The notes below the pieces were generated by a model. That model worked only from the letters and a program-made list of their open reading frames with translations. It did no database searches and had not been told where the DNA came from. From assembly GCA_030390025.1 (NCBI GenBank), contig CM059431.1, positions 96,722,001-96,786,000 on the forward strand: a stretch of DNA of 64,000 nucleotides, read 5' to 3'. The position numbers and the translations under genes were made by a program. Every line of letters begins with the position of its first letter. Position 1 is the stretch's first letter. The stretch is from Squalus acanthias. Lineage: Eukaryota. Of the stretch, positions 24,284 through 36,025 are shown in pieces.

Positions 24284-25641
24284 TGTAGGGGGTGGCGTGT
24301 GTGTAGTCAGCTTGCCTCTGACTGGGTTCCTGAGTGGTTCGAATCGCTCCCACACCCCTGGGTTCCAGACACCGGACTTAGGTACAGGCGGCGATACAGA
24401 ATTGGAGTAGGCGACTGGTTTGGTACAAGAAACTCATATTTATTTTATGAACGATACAACACTGAAAAATTACTGGAATAATTACAGGCTTACTAAAATA
24501 CACATAAATTGGAATGGGGAACACGCGGCACATCGAGGGAGAAAAATCACAGTCTTAATCCCCTTACCCATATCTAATTAAGTGTGCTGTGAGGGGCCAG
24601 GGATCATGCTCACCAATAAGGGTCTCTGGACAGGTCGAATCCTGTCGATTAAGCCGGTCGTGGATTTGGGATTTGCTCGATGTGTTGGATGGTGGCTGCC
24701 GTACCCCGTACGTGGCAGAAAACTTCAGTGGCTCTCCAGGCTCAGTCTTTGCGAATCCGCTGATGCGGTCGGTTTCGTCCTTGCTTCGGTCGACTGCAGT
24801 CTGCTTGGCCTTGCTGTTCCGTGTTCCGTAGCTCTCTTGCTGTAATCTGCTAATCTGCAAAACTGCCAGTCTGTGCTCTGCCTTGCAATCTCTGTTCTCT
24901 GTAGAACTGGCTTGTCCCAGCCTCTCGTCTCTGCAGAACTGGCTTGTCCCAGCACAGGTCTATAGTTATACTGTTGGATTGTTCCTTATCTGCCCGCCAA
25001 ATCTTCCCAGTGCTTTGTTTAATTCTGGTGGGCTCGTTAAGGTCGTTAACTTTAATGGCAGGAGAATGCCTTTAACGATATTAAATATTTGTTAAGTGGA
25101 GGATGATTGCTGGTCTGATGGTTGTTCATTTGTGTTGAGTTTCGGGCCATCGAAACTGGGCCTTGGTATGAATAGACTGGGCTTTTGGGCTTGTTTTATA
25201 CATGTTTTTCTGATATGCCTGGAGTTTTGGTGAGGACTCCATTCCTTTACTTCTTTGTATAAATGCTAAGCAGTTTGATGGGCTGGAGTGGGGTCATCCG
25301 GTTCCCCAGACAGGTCGACCACCTGTAATATACAACACTATCTCTGTAGAGGCCAGCCCCGCCTCCTTTGGCAGCCTGTACTCAGGTCTGCCCAGGCATG
25401 TTTTAAAATGTCCCAAGTCCCCTTTTCTTAGGGTCTCTCTCTTTTCCTCAGAGTCTTTTGGGGGTCTGGGAATTTTGCAACTCTCTTACAGACCCAGGCA
25501 TGTCACCTGGCCTGCTGTTTTTGCAGGGCCCTGGTTTCTGTTCAGTGTCGCAAGCTTCTGCCACGAGTTCTGGAAGCCACTTTGTCTAAGGTACCCCTTA
25601 TTAATAACTCTGGGGAATGTGGGAATTTTGAGAACCCTACA
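24284..25641 (-). mobile_element. 5' LTR (1358 bp) of an LTR retrotransposon or endogenous retrovirus
   Basis: Termini TGTAGGG...CCCTACA (7-bp inverted repeat, TG..CA); minus-strand AATAAA at 24439-24444; PBS immediately downstream. Confidence 0.85.
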
Positions 25642-27814
25642 GGGAGCCGAGTGGTCTTGGCGGAACCCAAACTGGGCATCAGTGAGTAGGTTATTGGTGA
25701 GTAAGTGCCACTTGATAGCACTGTCGATGACACCTTCCATCACTTTGCTGATGATTGAGAGTAGACTGATGGGGCGGTAATTGGCCGGGTTGGATTTGTC
25801 CTGCTTTTTGTGGACAGGACATACCTGGGCAGTTTTCCACATTGTCGGATAGATGCCAGTGTTGTAGCTGTACTGGAACAGCTTGGCTAGAGGCGCGGCT
25901 AGTTCTGGAGCACAAGTCTTCAGCACGATAGCCGGGATGTTGTCGGGGCCCATAGCCTTTGCTGTATCCAGTGTGCTCAGACGTTTCTTGATATCACGTG
26001 GAGTGAATCGAATTGGCTGAAGACTGGCTTCTGTGATGGTGGCGACCTCGGGAGTAGGCCGATATGGATCATCCACTCGGCACTTCTGGCTGAAGTTTGT
26101 TGCAAACGCTTCAGCCTTGTCTTTTGCACTCACGTGCTGGGCTCCACCACCATTGAGGATGGGGATATTCTTGGAGCCTCCACCTCCCGTTAGTTGTTTA
26201 ATGGTCCACTACCATTCACGACTGGATGTGGCAGGACTGCAGAGCTTTGATCTGATCCGTTGATTGTGGGATTGCTTAGCCCTGTCTATAGCATGCTGCT
26301 TCCGCTTTTTAGCATGCATGTAGTCCTGTGTTGCAGCTTCCCCAGGTTGGCACCTCATTTTTAGGTACACCTGGTGCTGCTCCTGGCATGCTCTTCTACA
26401 CTTGTCGTTGAACCAGGGTTGGTCCCCTGGCTTGGTGGTAATGGTAGAGTGAGGGATATGCCGGGCCATGAGGTTACAGATTGTGGTGGAATACAATTCT
26501 GCTGCTGCTGATGGCCCACAACGCCTCATGGATGCCCAGTTTTGAGCTGCTAGATCTGTTCTGAATCTATCCCATTTAGCATGGTGGTAGTGCCACACAA
26601 CACGATGGAGGGTGTTCTCAGTGTGAAGACGGGACTTTGTCTGCACAATGACTGTGCGGTGGTCACTGCTGCCAATGCTGTCATGGACTATTGCATCTGT
26701 GACAGGTAGATCGGTGAGGACGAGGTCAAGTAGGTTTTTCCCTCGTGTTGGTTCACTCACCATCTGTTGCAGGCCCAGACTGGCAGTTATGTCCTTCAGG
26801 ACTCGGCCAGCTCGGTCAGTAGTGGTGCTACCGAGCCACTCTTGGTGATGGACATTGAAGTCCCCCACCCAGAGTACATTCTGTGTCCTTGCTACTCTCA
26901 GTGCTTCTTCCAAGTGGTGTTCAACATGGAGGAGTACAGATTCATCAGCTGAGGGAGGGCGGTAGGTGGTAATCAGCAGGAGGTTTCCTTGCCCATGCTT
27001 GACCTGAAGCCATGAGACTTCATGGGGTCCGGAGTCAATGTTGAGGACTTCCAGGGCCACTCCTTTCCGACAGTATACCACTGTGCCACCACCCCTTGGA
27101 TGGTGATGGAGGAGTTTGGGACATTGGCTGAAAGGTGTGATTCTGTGAGTATGACTATGTCAGGCTGTTGCTTGACTAGTCTCTAGGACAGCTCTCCCAT
27201 TTTTGGCACAAGTCCCCAGATGTTGGTGAGGAGGACTTTGCAGGGTTGACTGGGCTGTGTGCGCCATTGACGTGTCCATAGCCGGTTTCATTCTTATTAT
27301 TTTGTATCGTAGCGGTTAGTTACAACTGAGTGACTTGCTAGGCCATTTAAGAGTCAACCACATTGCTGAGGGTCTGGAGTCACATATAGGCCAGACCAGG
27401 TAAGGACGGCAGATTTCCTTCCCGAAAGGACATTAGTGAACCAGATGGGTTTTTACAACAATCCGATAGTTTCATGTTTACCATTACTGATACGAGCTTT
27501 TTTATTCCAGAGTTATTTAATTAACTGAATTTAAATTCCCCAGGTGCCATGGTGGGATTTGAACTCACAGTCTCTGGATCATTAGTCCAGGCCTCTGGAT
27601 TATTAGCCCAGTGACATTACCACTACGCTACTGTTGCAGCATATTTAAATCTCATGATGAAATTGCTGCATTAGATGCTCAGTGCAGACAGCCAGAGGCA
27701 AAGGACTGCTACCAGTGGAGGAATGGTCAGCGGCGGCACAACCCTCAGTGGGCAGGTGGAAACTCGGCAAACCCTGGGCACCACCAGTGCAGAACCAGGG
27801 TACCAGAGCTCGAC

Positions 27815-28232
27815 CCTGGCCCCGCCCACCGCAGACTTCTCCCTTCCCTGGCCCCGCCCACCTCAGGCTCCTCCCCTCCATGGTCCCGCCCACCCGAGGC
27901 GCCGCTCCTCCCTGGCCCCGCCCACCTCTGGCTCCCCTTGGCCCCGCCCACCTCAGTCTCCTCCCCTCCATGGCCACGCCCATCTCAGCCCTCCATGGCC
28001 CCGCCCACCTCAGTCTCCTCCCCTCCATGGCCCCGCCCACCCGAGGCGCCTCTCCTCCCTGGCCCCGCCCACCTCCGGCTCCCCTTGGTCCCGCCCACCT
28101 CAGTCTCCTCCCCTCCATGGCCCCGCCCACCTCAGTCTCTTCCCCTCCATGGCCCCGCCCATCCGGGTTCCTCTCCTCTCTGGCCCCGCCCACCGCAGGC
28201 TCCTCCCCTTCCTTACCCCGCCCCCGCCCCCG
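27815..28232 (+). repeat. GC-box minisatellite: 13 units of ~27-32 bp each containing GGCCCCGCCCAC or a close variant
   Basis: Counted directly; lies immediately upstream of TUBGCP3 exon 1. Confidence 0.9.
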
Positions 28233-28448
28233 CGTTTTTCGCGGTTTGTGCCACTGACCCGGAACTCGAAACGCGCACTTCCGCTCCAGTCCCGCCGGCT
28301 CTAAAAAAATGGCGCCGCCGGAGCGGGAGAGAAATTGAGTCAGACAGACAGAGCGAGCGAGCGAGTGAGGAGTGAGAGAGCGGGCCTGGGGCCTGACAGC
28401 GGGAGCCGGCCTGAGGGAGGCCCCGCGGGCTGAGGGCGGGCGGCAGCG
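28230..28448 (+). promoter_or_regulatory. TUBGCP3 CpG-island core promoter / 5' UTR
   Basis: CpG-rich; ETS-like CCGGAA and CACTTCCG motifs; YY1-like AAAATGGCG at ~28306. Confidence 0.65.
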
Positions 28449-28524
28449 ATGGCGAGCGTGGATCACAAGTCCCCGAACCTGCTGCTGCAGAGCCTGTGCT
28501 GCCGGATCCTGGGCCGCACCGAGG
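28449..28524 (+). CDS. TUBGCP3: gamma-tubulin complex component 3, coding exon 1
   Basis: [25 protein letters not shown], compare human [31 protein letters not shown] donor; 76 nt. Confidence 0.95.
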
Positions 28525-28547
28525 GTGAGTGAGGGGGAGGGGGTCTA

Positions 28548-28996
28548 ATTGGCAAATGAAGTTCAGCATCGATAATGTGAAGTGGTACATTTTGGAAGGA
28601 AGAATAAAGCGGCCACACGTTCCTTAGAAAATAAGTGTCTAAATGGGGGAGAGGAGCAGAGGGATCGGGGCTCATACACAAATCACTAAAAGTGGCGACG
28701 CTGGTTAATAAGGCCAAAAAAAAGCAAACAAAACGCTCGGGTTCATTTCTAGAGGGATGGAATTGCAGAGAAGTTATGTTGAACTTGTATCGAACCTTCG
28801 TTGGACCACACTTGGAGTACTGTGCATAGTTCTGGTCTCCATATTATAAAACGGATATAGAAGCCCTGAAGAAAGTGCAAAAAACATTTACTCGGGATAT
28901 CAGAACTGAGAGGTTATTCCCATCACGAAAGATTGAACAGGCTGGGGCTCTTTCTATCTAGAAAAGGGAAGATCTGTTGGAGGTCTTTAAGATTAT
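28548..28996 (+). mobile_element. CR1 fragment, continuing at 33010-33360 after a nested insertion
   Basis: REVMLNLYR...HLEYC; junction reads GAGGTCTTTAAGATTAT|GGAAGAG once the insert is removed. Confidence 0.8.
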
Positions 28997-30471
28997 CTTC
29001 TTTCATATGGTAGTAGCAAAGCAAATCAGATGTCAATATCTAAGTCAGATATCCAGGCCAAAGCTTCTGGTGTAACCGTGGATATCTTGTAGGCTGCCTG
29101 TGAATTTCCTCTGAGGGCAGTGCTCAATGATGTGCTCCAGGGTCTGATCAGGAGCTCCACAGTCGCATGATGGGGATGCTTTAATCTTCCATCTATGGAG
29201 AAGGTGGCAACATCTACCATGACTGGTTCTGAGGCGGTTGATGGTTGTCCACTGTTTGCGAGGAAGGTTTGATCCTTCAGGTTGTACTGTGGGATCCTCT
29301 ATCCATTCCATATGTCACTGTTCTTCCAAGGATTTCGCCATTGGTCATCAAGGCTGAGGGGAGATTGCTGAAGGGCTTTGGCAATGGTCCAAAATGGCCT
29401 TCTAGATTTAAGAGGGGTTGGTGGTGGGTTGTTCAATTCGGCCTGGAGCAGCATGTCTTTGCTGGTGTAGCGGTTGTATTCTCTGGAGACTGCATATTTG
29501 CGGCATAGGTGTGGTGGTGTGATGTTTGCAAGCACAGGCAGCCAAGGTGGTGTTGTCGATAAAAGCGTACCGGTGATAATTCTCATAGTAGAATTGAGTT
29601 GGACATCAACGGATTTGACATGCGGACTCGATAGCCATGCCGGAGAGCAGTACTCCGCTGTAGAGTACACCAGGGCGAGTGCTGCCGTACGGAGGGTTTG
29701 AGCGTCTGCTCCCCATGTGGATCCGACGAGTTTCTGGATCAAGTTGACCCTACTCTTTGGTTTCTTCCCAAAGTTCTGGAGATGTTGTCTATATGACAGG
29801 GTGCGATCAAGCGTGACTCCTAAATAGGAGGGTTTTTTGGCATGGTTTACCTCTGCGCCGCAAAAGGAGACTTTCAAAGCTTGTTTTGCTTGATGGGTTT
29901 CGACCTGAAACATTAACTCTCTTTCTCTCTCCACGGATGTTGCCTGGCCTGTTGAGTTTTTCCAGCGTTTTCTGTTGTTATTTTGCTTGATGGGTGTTGA
30001 GGTGGAATGTCGAGATGACGGTCTTTTGCGGGTTTGGCCGAAGTTGCCATCGGCGTAAGTAGGCCTCCATCCTCTAAATCACTGGTTAGGGTCTCTTCGG
30101 TGATGGACAGATTCATGTTTTGCGTGGCCAAGGCAATGTCATCAGCGTATACGAACTTGCGGGACTCTATTTCGGGCAGGCCACTGGTGTAAATGTTGAA
30201 TAACATGGGTGCCAGGACAAAACACTGGGAGTCCGTTGTTCCATGTCATATATCTGCTCTTCTGGGTGCCAGAGTACACACGGAAGCGTCGGTTGCGAAG
30301 CATGGAGTTGAGAAGATGGATCGTTGTTCTGCAGGGTAAAATGGTGGAGAGCTTGAAAAGCAGTCTATGCTTCCATACTGTGTCATACGCTGCTGACAGG
30401 TCCACGAGTGCTGCAGCAGTCTTGAGCTGGTGCTGGAATCCTGCTTCGACGTGCATTGTTAAAGCTACCAC
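28997..30471 (-). mobile_element. Vingi/Ingi-like (I-group) LINE, 3' part
   Basis: VDLSAAYDTVW, YADDIAL, YLGVTLDRTL and C-terminal NRLRTSHGRC...CDCG...HIIEHCP; GAAAGAAG tail. Confidence 0.7.
29899..29980 (+). mobile_element. Penelope family-2 pLTR fragment
   Basis: Reverse complement of ~45684-45765; 15-bp TSD TTTTGCTTGATGGGT at 29884-29898 and 29981-29995. Confidence 0.85.
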
Positions 30472-32776
30472 TTTTTTTTATTCGCTTATGGGATCTGGGC
30501 GTGGCTGGCAAAGCCAGCATTTATTGCCCATCCCTAGTTGCCCTTGAGAAGGTGGTGGTGAGCCGTCGCCTTGAACCGCTGCAGTCCGTGTGGTGAAGGT
30601 ACTCCCACAGTGCGGTTAGGGAGGGAGTTCCAGGATTTTGACCCAGCGACGATGAAGGATCGGCGATATACTTCTAAGTCAGGATGGTGTGTGACTTGGA
30701 GGGGAACTTGGAGGTGGTGGTGTTCCCATGCGCCTGCTGCCCTTGTCCATCTAGGTGGAAGAGGTCGCGGGTTTGGGAGGTGCTGCCGGAGAAGCCTTGG
30801 CGAGTTGCTGCAGTGCATCTTGTGGATGGTACACACTGCAGCCACAGTACGCCAGTGGTGGAGGGAGTGAATGCTTAAGGTGGTGGATGGGGTGCCAATC
30901 AAATGGGCAGCTTTGTCCTGGATGGTGTCGAGCTTCTTGAGTGTTGTTGCAGCTGCACTCATCCAGGCAAGTGGAGAGTATTCCATCACACTCCTTACTT
31001 GTGCTTTGTAGATGGTGGAAAGGCTTTGGGGAGTCAGGAGGTGAGACACTCACCGCAGAATACCTAGCCTCTGACCTGCTCTTGTTGCCACAGTATTTAT
31101 GTGGCTGGCCCAGTTAAGTTTCTGGTCAATGGTGACCCCCAGGATGTTGATGGTGGGGGATTCGGTGATGGTAATGCCGCTGAATGTCAAGGGGAGGTGG
31201 TTAGACTCTCGCTTGTTGGAGATAGTCATTGCCTGGCACTTCTGTGGCGCGAATGTTACCTGCCACTTATCAGCCCAAGCCTGAATGTCGTCCAGGTCTT
31301 GTTGCATGCGGGCATGGACTGCTTCATTATCTGAGGAGTTGTGAATGGTGCTGAACACTGTGCAGACATCAGTGAAAATCCCCATTTCTGACCTTATGTT
31401 GGAGGGAAGGTCATTGATGAAGCAGCTGAAGATGGTTGCGCCTAGGACACTGCCCTGAGGAACTCCTGCAGCGATGTCCTGGGACTGTGATGATTGACCT
31501 TCAATCACCACAACCATCTTCCTTTGTGCTAGGTATGACTCCAGCCAGTGGGGCGTTTTCCCCTTGATTCCCATTGACTTCAGTTTTACTTGGGCTCCTT
31601 GATGCCACACTCGGTCAAATGCAGCCTTGATGTTAAGGGCAGTCATTCTCACCTCACCTCTGCAATTCAGCTCCTTTGTCCATGTTTGGACCAAGGCTGT
31701 AATGAGGTCGGCAGCCGAGTGGTCTTGGCGGAACCCAAACTGGGCATCAGTGAGCAGGTTATTGGTAAGTAAGTGCCGCTTGATAGCACTGTCGATGACA
31801 CCTTCCATCACTTTGCTGATGATTGAGAGTAGACTGATGGGGCGGTAATTGGCCGGGTTGGATTTGTCCTGCTTTTTGTGGACAGGACATACCTGGGCAG
31901 TTTTCCACATTGTCGGATAGATGCCAGTGTTGTAGCTGTACTGGAACAGCTTGGCTAGAGGTGCGGCTAGTTCTGGAGCACAAGTCTTCAGCACGATAGC
32001 CGGGATGTTGTCGGGGCCCATAGCCTTTGCTGTATCCAGTGCGCTCAGCCGTTTCTTGATATCACGTGGAGTGAATCGAATTGGCTGAAGACTGGCTTCT
32101 GTGATGGTGGCGACCTCGGGAGTTGGCTGATATGGATCATCCGCTCGGCACTTCTGGCTGAAGATGGTTGCAAACGCTTCAGCCTTGTCTTTTGCACTCT
32201 TGCTGGGCTCCACCATCATTGAGGATGGGGATATTCATGGAGCCTCCTCCTCCCGTTAGTTGTTTAATGGTCCACCACCATTCACGACTGGATGTGGAAG
32301 GACTGCAGAGCTTTGATCTGATCCGTTGATTGTGGGATTGCTTAGCCCTGTTTATAGCATTCTGCTTCCGCTTTTTAGCATGTATGTAGTCCTGTGTTGT
32401 AGCTTCCCCAGGTTGGCACCTCATTTTTAGGTACGCCTGGTGCTGCTCCTGGCATGCTCTTCTACACTCCTTATTGAACCAAGGTTGGTCCCCTGGCTTG
32501 GTGGTAATGGTAGAGTGAGGGATATGCCGGGCCATGACGTTACAGATTGTGGTGCAATACAATTCTGTTGCTGCTGATGGCCCACAGTGCCTCATGGATG
32601 CCCAGATTTGAGCTGCTAGATCTGTTCTGAATCTATCCCATTTAGCACGGTGGTAGTGCCACACAACACGATGGAGGGTGTCCTCAGTGTGAAGACGGGA
32701 CTTTGTCTCCACAATGACTGTGCGGTGGTCACTGCTGCCAATGCTGTCATGGACTATTGCATCTGCGACAGGTAGA
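30472..32776 (-). mobile_element. CR1/L2-group APE-RT LINE, 5'-truncated, nested in the Vingi-like element
   Basis: 389-aa RT ORF; same family as 22169-27633. Confidence 0.92.
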
Positions 32777-33009
32777 TTGGTCGCAGCAGTTACGACCGCT
32801 CCAGAAGCCCGCTTGCTGTTTAGGAATGGTTGGCTTGATGATGTGGGCTAGTTTGTGGAGTAGCAGCCTCTCCAGCACTTTATAACAAGTGCAAAGTAAG
32901 GAGATCGGGCGGTAGCTGGAGGCTTCACAAGCATTCTTCCCCTGCTTCAGGAGGGCAATTATTTTAGTCTCCCTCCAAATAGCTGGAATTTTACCAGTTG
33001 CGAGTTTAC
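32777..33009 (-). mobile_element. Vingi/Ingi-like LINE, 5' part
   Basis: Minus strand translates SYRPISLLCTCYKVLERL...QQAGF...CCDQ, joining VVALTMHVEAGF at 30471. Confidence 0.75.
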
Positions 33010-33514
33010 GATTATGGAAGAGTTTGATGGGGTAGACATAGAGAAGATGTTTCCGCTTGTGGGGGAGACCAGAGGGTCATAAATATAAGCTAGTCACCAA
33101 GAAATCAAATAGGGAATTCAGGAGAAACTTCTTTACCCAGAGAGTGGTGAGAATGTGGAACTTGCTACCACAGGGAGTGGTTGAGGCGAATAACATAGAT
33201 GCATTTAAGGGGAAGCTGGATAAACACATGAGGGAGGAAGGAATAGAAGGACATGCTGATAGGTTGAGATGAAGAGGAGTGGGAGGAGGCTCGTGTGGAG
33301 CATAAACACCAGCACGAACCAGTTGGGCTGAAAGGCCTGTTTCTGTGCTGTAAACACTGTAATTCTATGTAAGGCAAGGGTTGCTGCAATGTGTCCAGAG
33401 CCACTTTCTGGATCATTATGTTTTTGATTCAATTGGATTCAGTTCTAGGAATAAAGTGGCGCAAATAAGTAATGTTAGGATAGAAAACATTTCGGAAACA
33501 GCAGCTGTAACATT

Positions 33515-33962
33515 GTTGGCCGTGGCTCAGTGGGCAGCACTTTCGCTCTAGTCAGAAAATTGTGGGTTCAAGTTCCACTCCATAGACTTGAGCACGTAAT
33601 CCAGGCTGTTACTTCCAGCACAGTACCAAGGGAGTGCTGTACTTTTGAAGGTGCTGTCTTTCGGGTGAGATGTTAAACTGATGCCCCATCTGCCCACTCA
33701 ATGGGCATAGAAGATCCCACGACACTATTCGAAGAAGAACAGAGGAGTTCTTCCTGGTCGACATTTATCCCTCGACCAACATCACTGAAACAGATTATCT
33801 GGTCATCATCTAATTGCTGTTTGTGGGAGCTTGCTGTGTGAAAATTGGCTGCCGCGTTTCCTACATTACAACAGTGACTACACTTCAAAAGTACTTCATT
33901 TTGTGTAAAGTGCTTTGAGACATCCTGAGGCGATGAAAGGCGCTATATATGCGAGTCCTTTT
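33515..33962 (+). mobile_element. Deu-domain SINE, full length
   Basis: A box TGGCTCAGTGG, B box GGTTCAAGT, body GGGAGCTTGCTGTG..AAATTGGCTGCC, L2-like tail. Confidence 0.85.
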
Positions 33963-35397
33963 TTTCTGTAATTAATTCTGATATAAAAATTGTAAAGCGG
34001 AGGGATCAGTCAAAGATAAAGGTTCTTGACTGGAAAAAGCCAATTTCAACGACACAAAAAGGAACTCGCTAGTGAAAAGAAAAATGGGCAGATGAACATT
34101 TGGAACCTTTCAGTGATGATTGGGATCGAGACTAGATATATTCCCACAAAGAGTAAAGGAGTCATCAAAATCTGGAGTTCCTTGGAGTAGAAAAGTTAAA
34201 CCATGATTTCAAAAAGAGATCAAAAATAAATCTGTGATAATACAAAAGAAAAGAAAAGAAAATATAGAGGGGGAAGCAAAAAAAAGCTTAGAAAGGCTGA
34301 GAGAGTATGACAAAAAACTATTGGGAAACAGGGGAATAAAGGATTTTATAAACAAATGAAAACTAAAATAGTTGAAGAAAGGGCAAGGCTGATTGGAGAT
34401 ATAATAGGAAATCTTACAGGATGATGGAATGGCAGAGATGCTTGTGTAGGGGATAGTTAATACTCACATAGAAAGACACTGGTTAATAAAGGAGAACCAG
34501 CATGGATTTATAAAAGGCAAGTCTTGTCTGACACACTTTGTTACTTTCTCAAAGAACTCTATTAAATGTATCAATAAAGGAAGTGCAGCGGGTATTGTGC
34601 ATGTGGATTTTTAAAAGGTGTTTGCTGAGGTGCTGCATCGAAAGCTCTAATATCAAGTACCTTCATTTTATTAAAGGAAATGGGTCAGCATGGAGGAAAG
34701 TGGCTTAAAGAACATAAAGCAGAGAATGGTAGTGGCTTTTTTTGGATTAGAGGGATGGAAACAATGGTGATCTTCAAGGCTCAGTATTAGGACCATTGCT
34801 CTGGATATAAATAAATGATCTAAATGGAAAAGAGGGAGACAAAAACAAAATCAAAATCTGCAGACAAACAAAGATTGTGTGTGGTTTACTGTGCAGAGGA
34901 TGTAAGCAACTTCAAGTGGACGTAGGGTAGTAGATTGGGCAGATAGATGTGAGATTAAGTTTAATGTGGAAAAATGTGAGGTGATAGTTTTTGGGATGAA
35001 TAAAGAGATGAAATACACTGGTATATTTCCAATGGATGTCAGTATCTGAAAATGGCAATCATTTTGAAAGAGTCTATGCCAGAATATTTTGCCTTTTTAG
35101 CTTACTGAATGCAAGGGCTTGCTACCCATTTCCAGCATTTTTTGATGTTTGAGCATTTGTCATGCAATAATAGTGCACAAAAGTGTGATGCAGAAATTTG
35201 CAGTGCGACGCTTGGTGTGAAGTGTGCTGGACAGGAAGTAGATTCTATAATGTTCTGTATCATAGAAGATCAAGGGACTTGGAATAGGAACTTTTTTTCT
35301 GTATCTTTGTTTTTATGGCCAAGTTGTCATTTGATTTAATTTCTCGTCAGACCTGTGAACCTGAATTGTCATTTCCATGTGCAATTGTGTTTTTCAG

Positions 35398-35505
35398 CTG
35401 ATGTGGCTCAACAATTCCAGTACGCTGTGAGAGTTATTGGAAGCAATTTTGCACCCACTGTGGAAAGGGATGAATTTCTTGTGGCTGAAAAGATCAAGAA
35501 AGAAA
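35398..35505 (+). CDS. TUBGCP3: TUBGCP3 exon 2
   Basis: [40 protein letters not shown] boundaries; 108 nt. Confidence 0.97.
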
Positions 35506-35806
35506 GTAAGTTGGCTTCTTTAACCAGCTCTGTAATGTATGAAATTGCTATTGTTGGATATAATCGGGGGTGGGGGGGGGGGGGGAGAACGTGAAAGGGT
35601 GAGGTTATCTCCAAGTGAACTTCTTGGTTCCTCGTATATAACGTTTAATTTGGAAACAAAAAAGTAGATCCAGCAAATAGAACTATACCAGTCAGTACTT
35701 TAGCTGTGGTGAAGTATCAAAAAGAAACAGAAATATTTACATGGGGAGATTTTGAATAAACTTTTCTCAGTTATTTACGCCAGGAGAGATGAATTAGTAA
35801 CATACT

Positions 35807-36025
35807 GTAAGATAAACAGAAAATGCTGGAAACACTCAGCAGGTCAGGCAGCAACTGTGGAGAGAGAAACCGAGTTAACGGAAGAGAAACAGAACCGATG
35901 AAAGGTCATCGACCTGAAACATTTACTCTGTTTCTCTCTCCGTAGATGCTACCTGACCTGCTGAGTATCTCCAGCATTTTCTGTTTATATTTCAGATTTC
36001 CAGCATCTGCAGTATTTTGCCTTCA
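35807..36025. mobile_element. Penelope family-2 fold-back pLTR insertion with degenerate hammerhead
   Basis: Inverted arms; 15-bp TSD AATTAGTAACATACT at 35792-35806 and 36026-36040; core mutated to CCGAUGA. Confidence 0.85.

Larger units (their letters stand above)
22169..27633 (-). mobile_element. full-length CR1/L2-group APE-RT LINE with tRNA-like 5' head; interrupted by Penelope (22923-23127) and LTR element (23583-25641)
   Basis: Same family as 11613-14545; A box 27620-27630 and B box 27556-27564; A-rich 3' end at 22169. Confidence 0.85.

Noticed and set aside
27611..28466. Long Pro- or Gly-rich ORFs (191-273 aa)
   Set aside because: Artefacts of the stop-poor GC minisatellite, open in several frames on both strands
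33518..33590. Possible tRNA genes (also ~59376-59450 and ~5880-5905)
   Set aside because: A/B boxes continue into SINE body or are truncated; these are SINE heads without a full cloverleaf
35895..35925. Functional hammerhead in the intron 2 fold-back
   Set aside because: Core is CCGAUGA and the stem III palindrome is broken (ACAU); likely inactive
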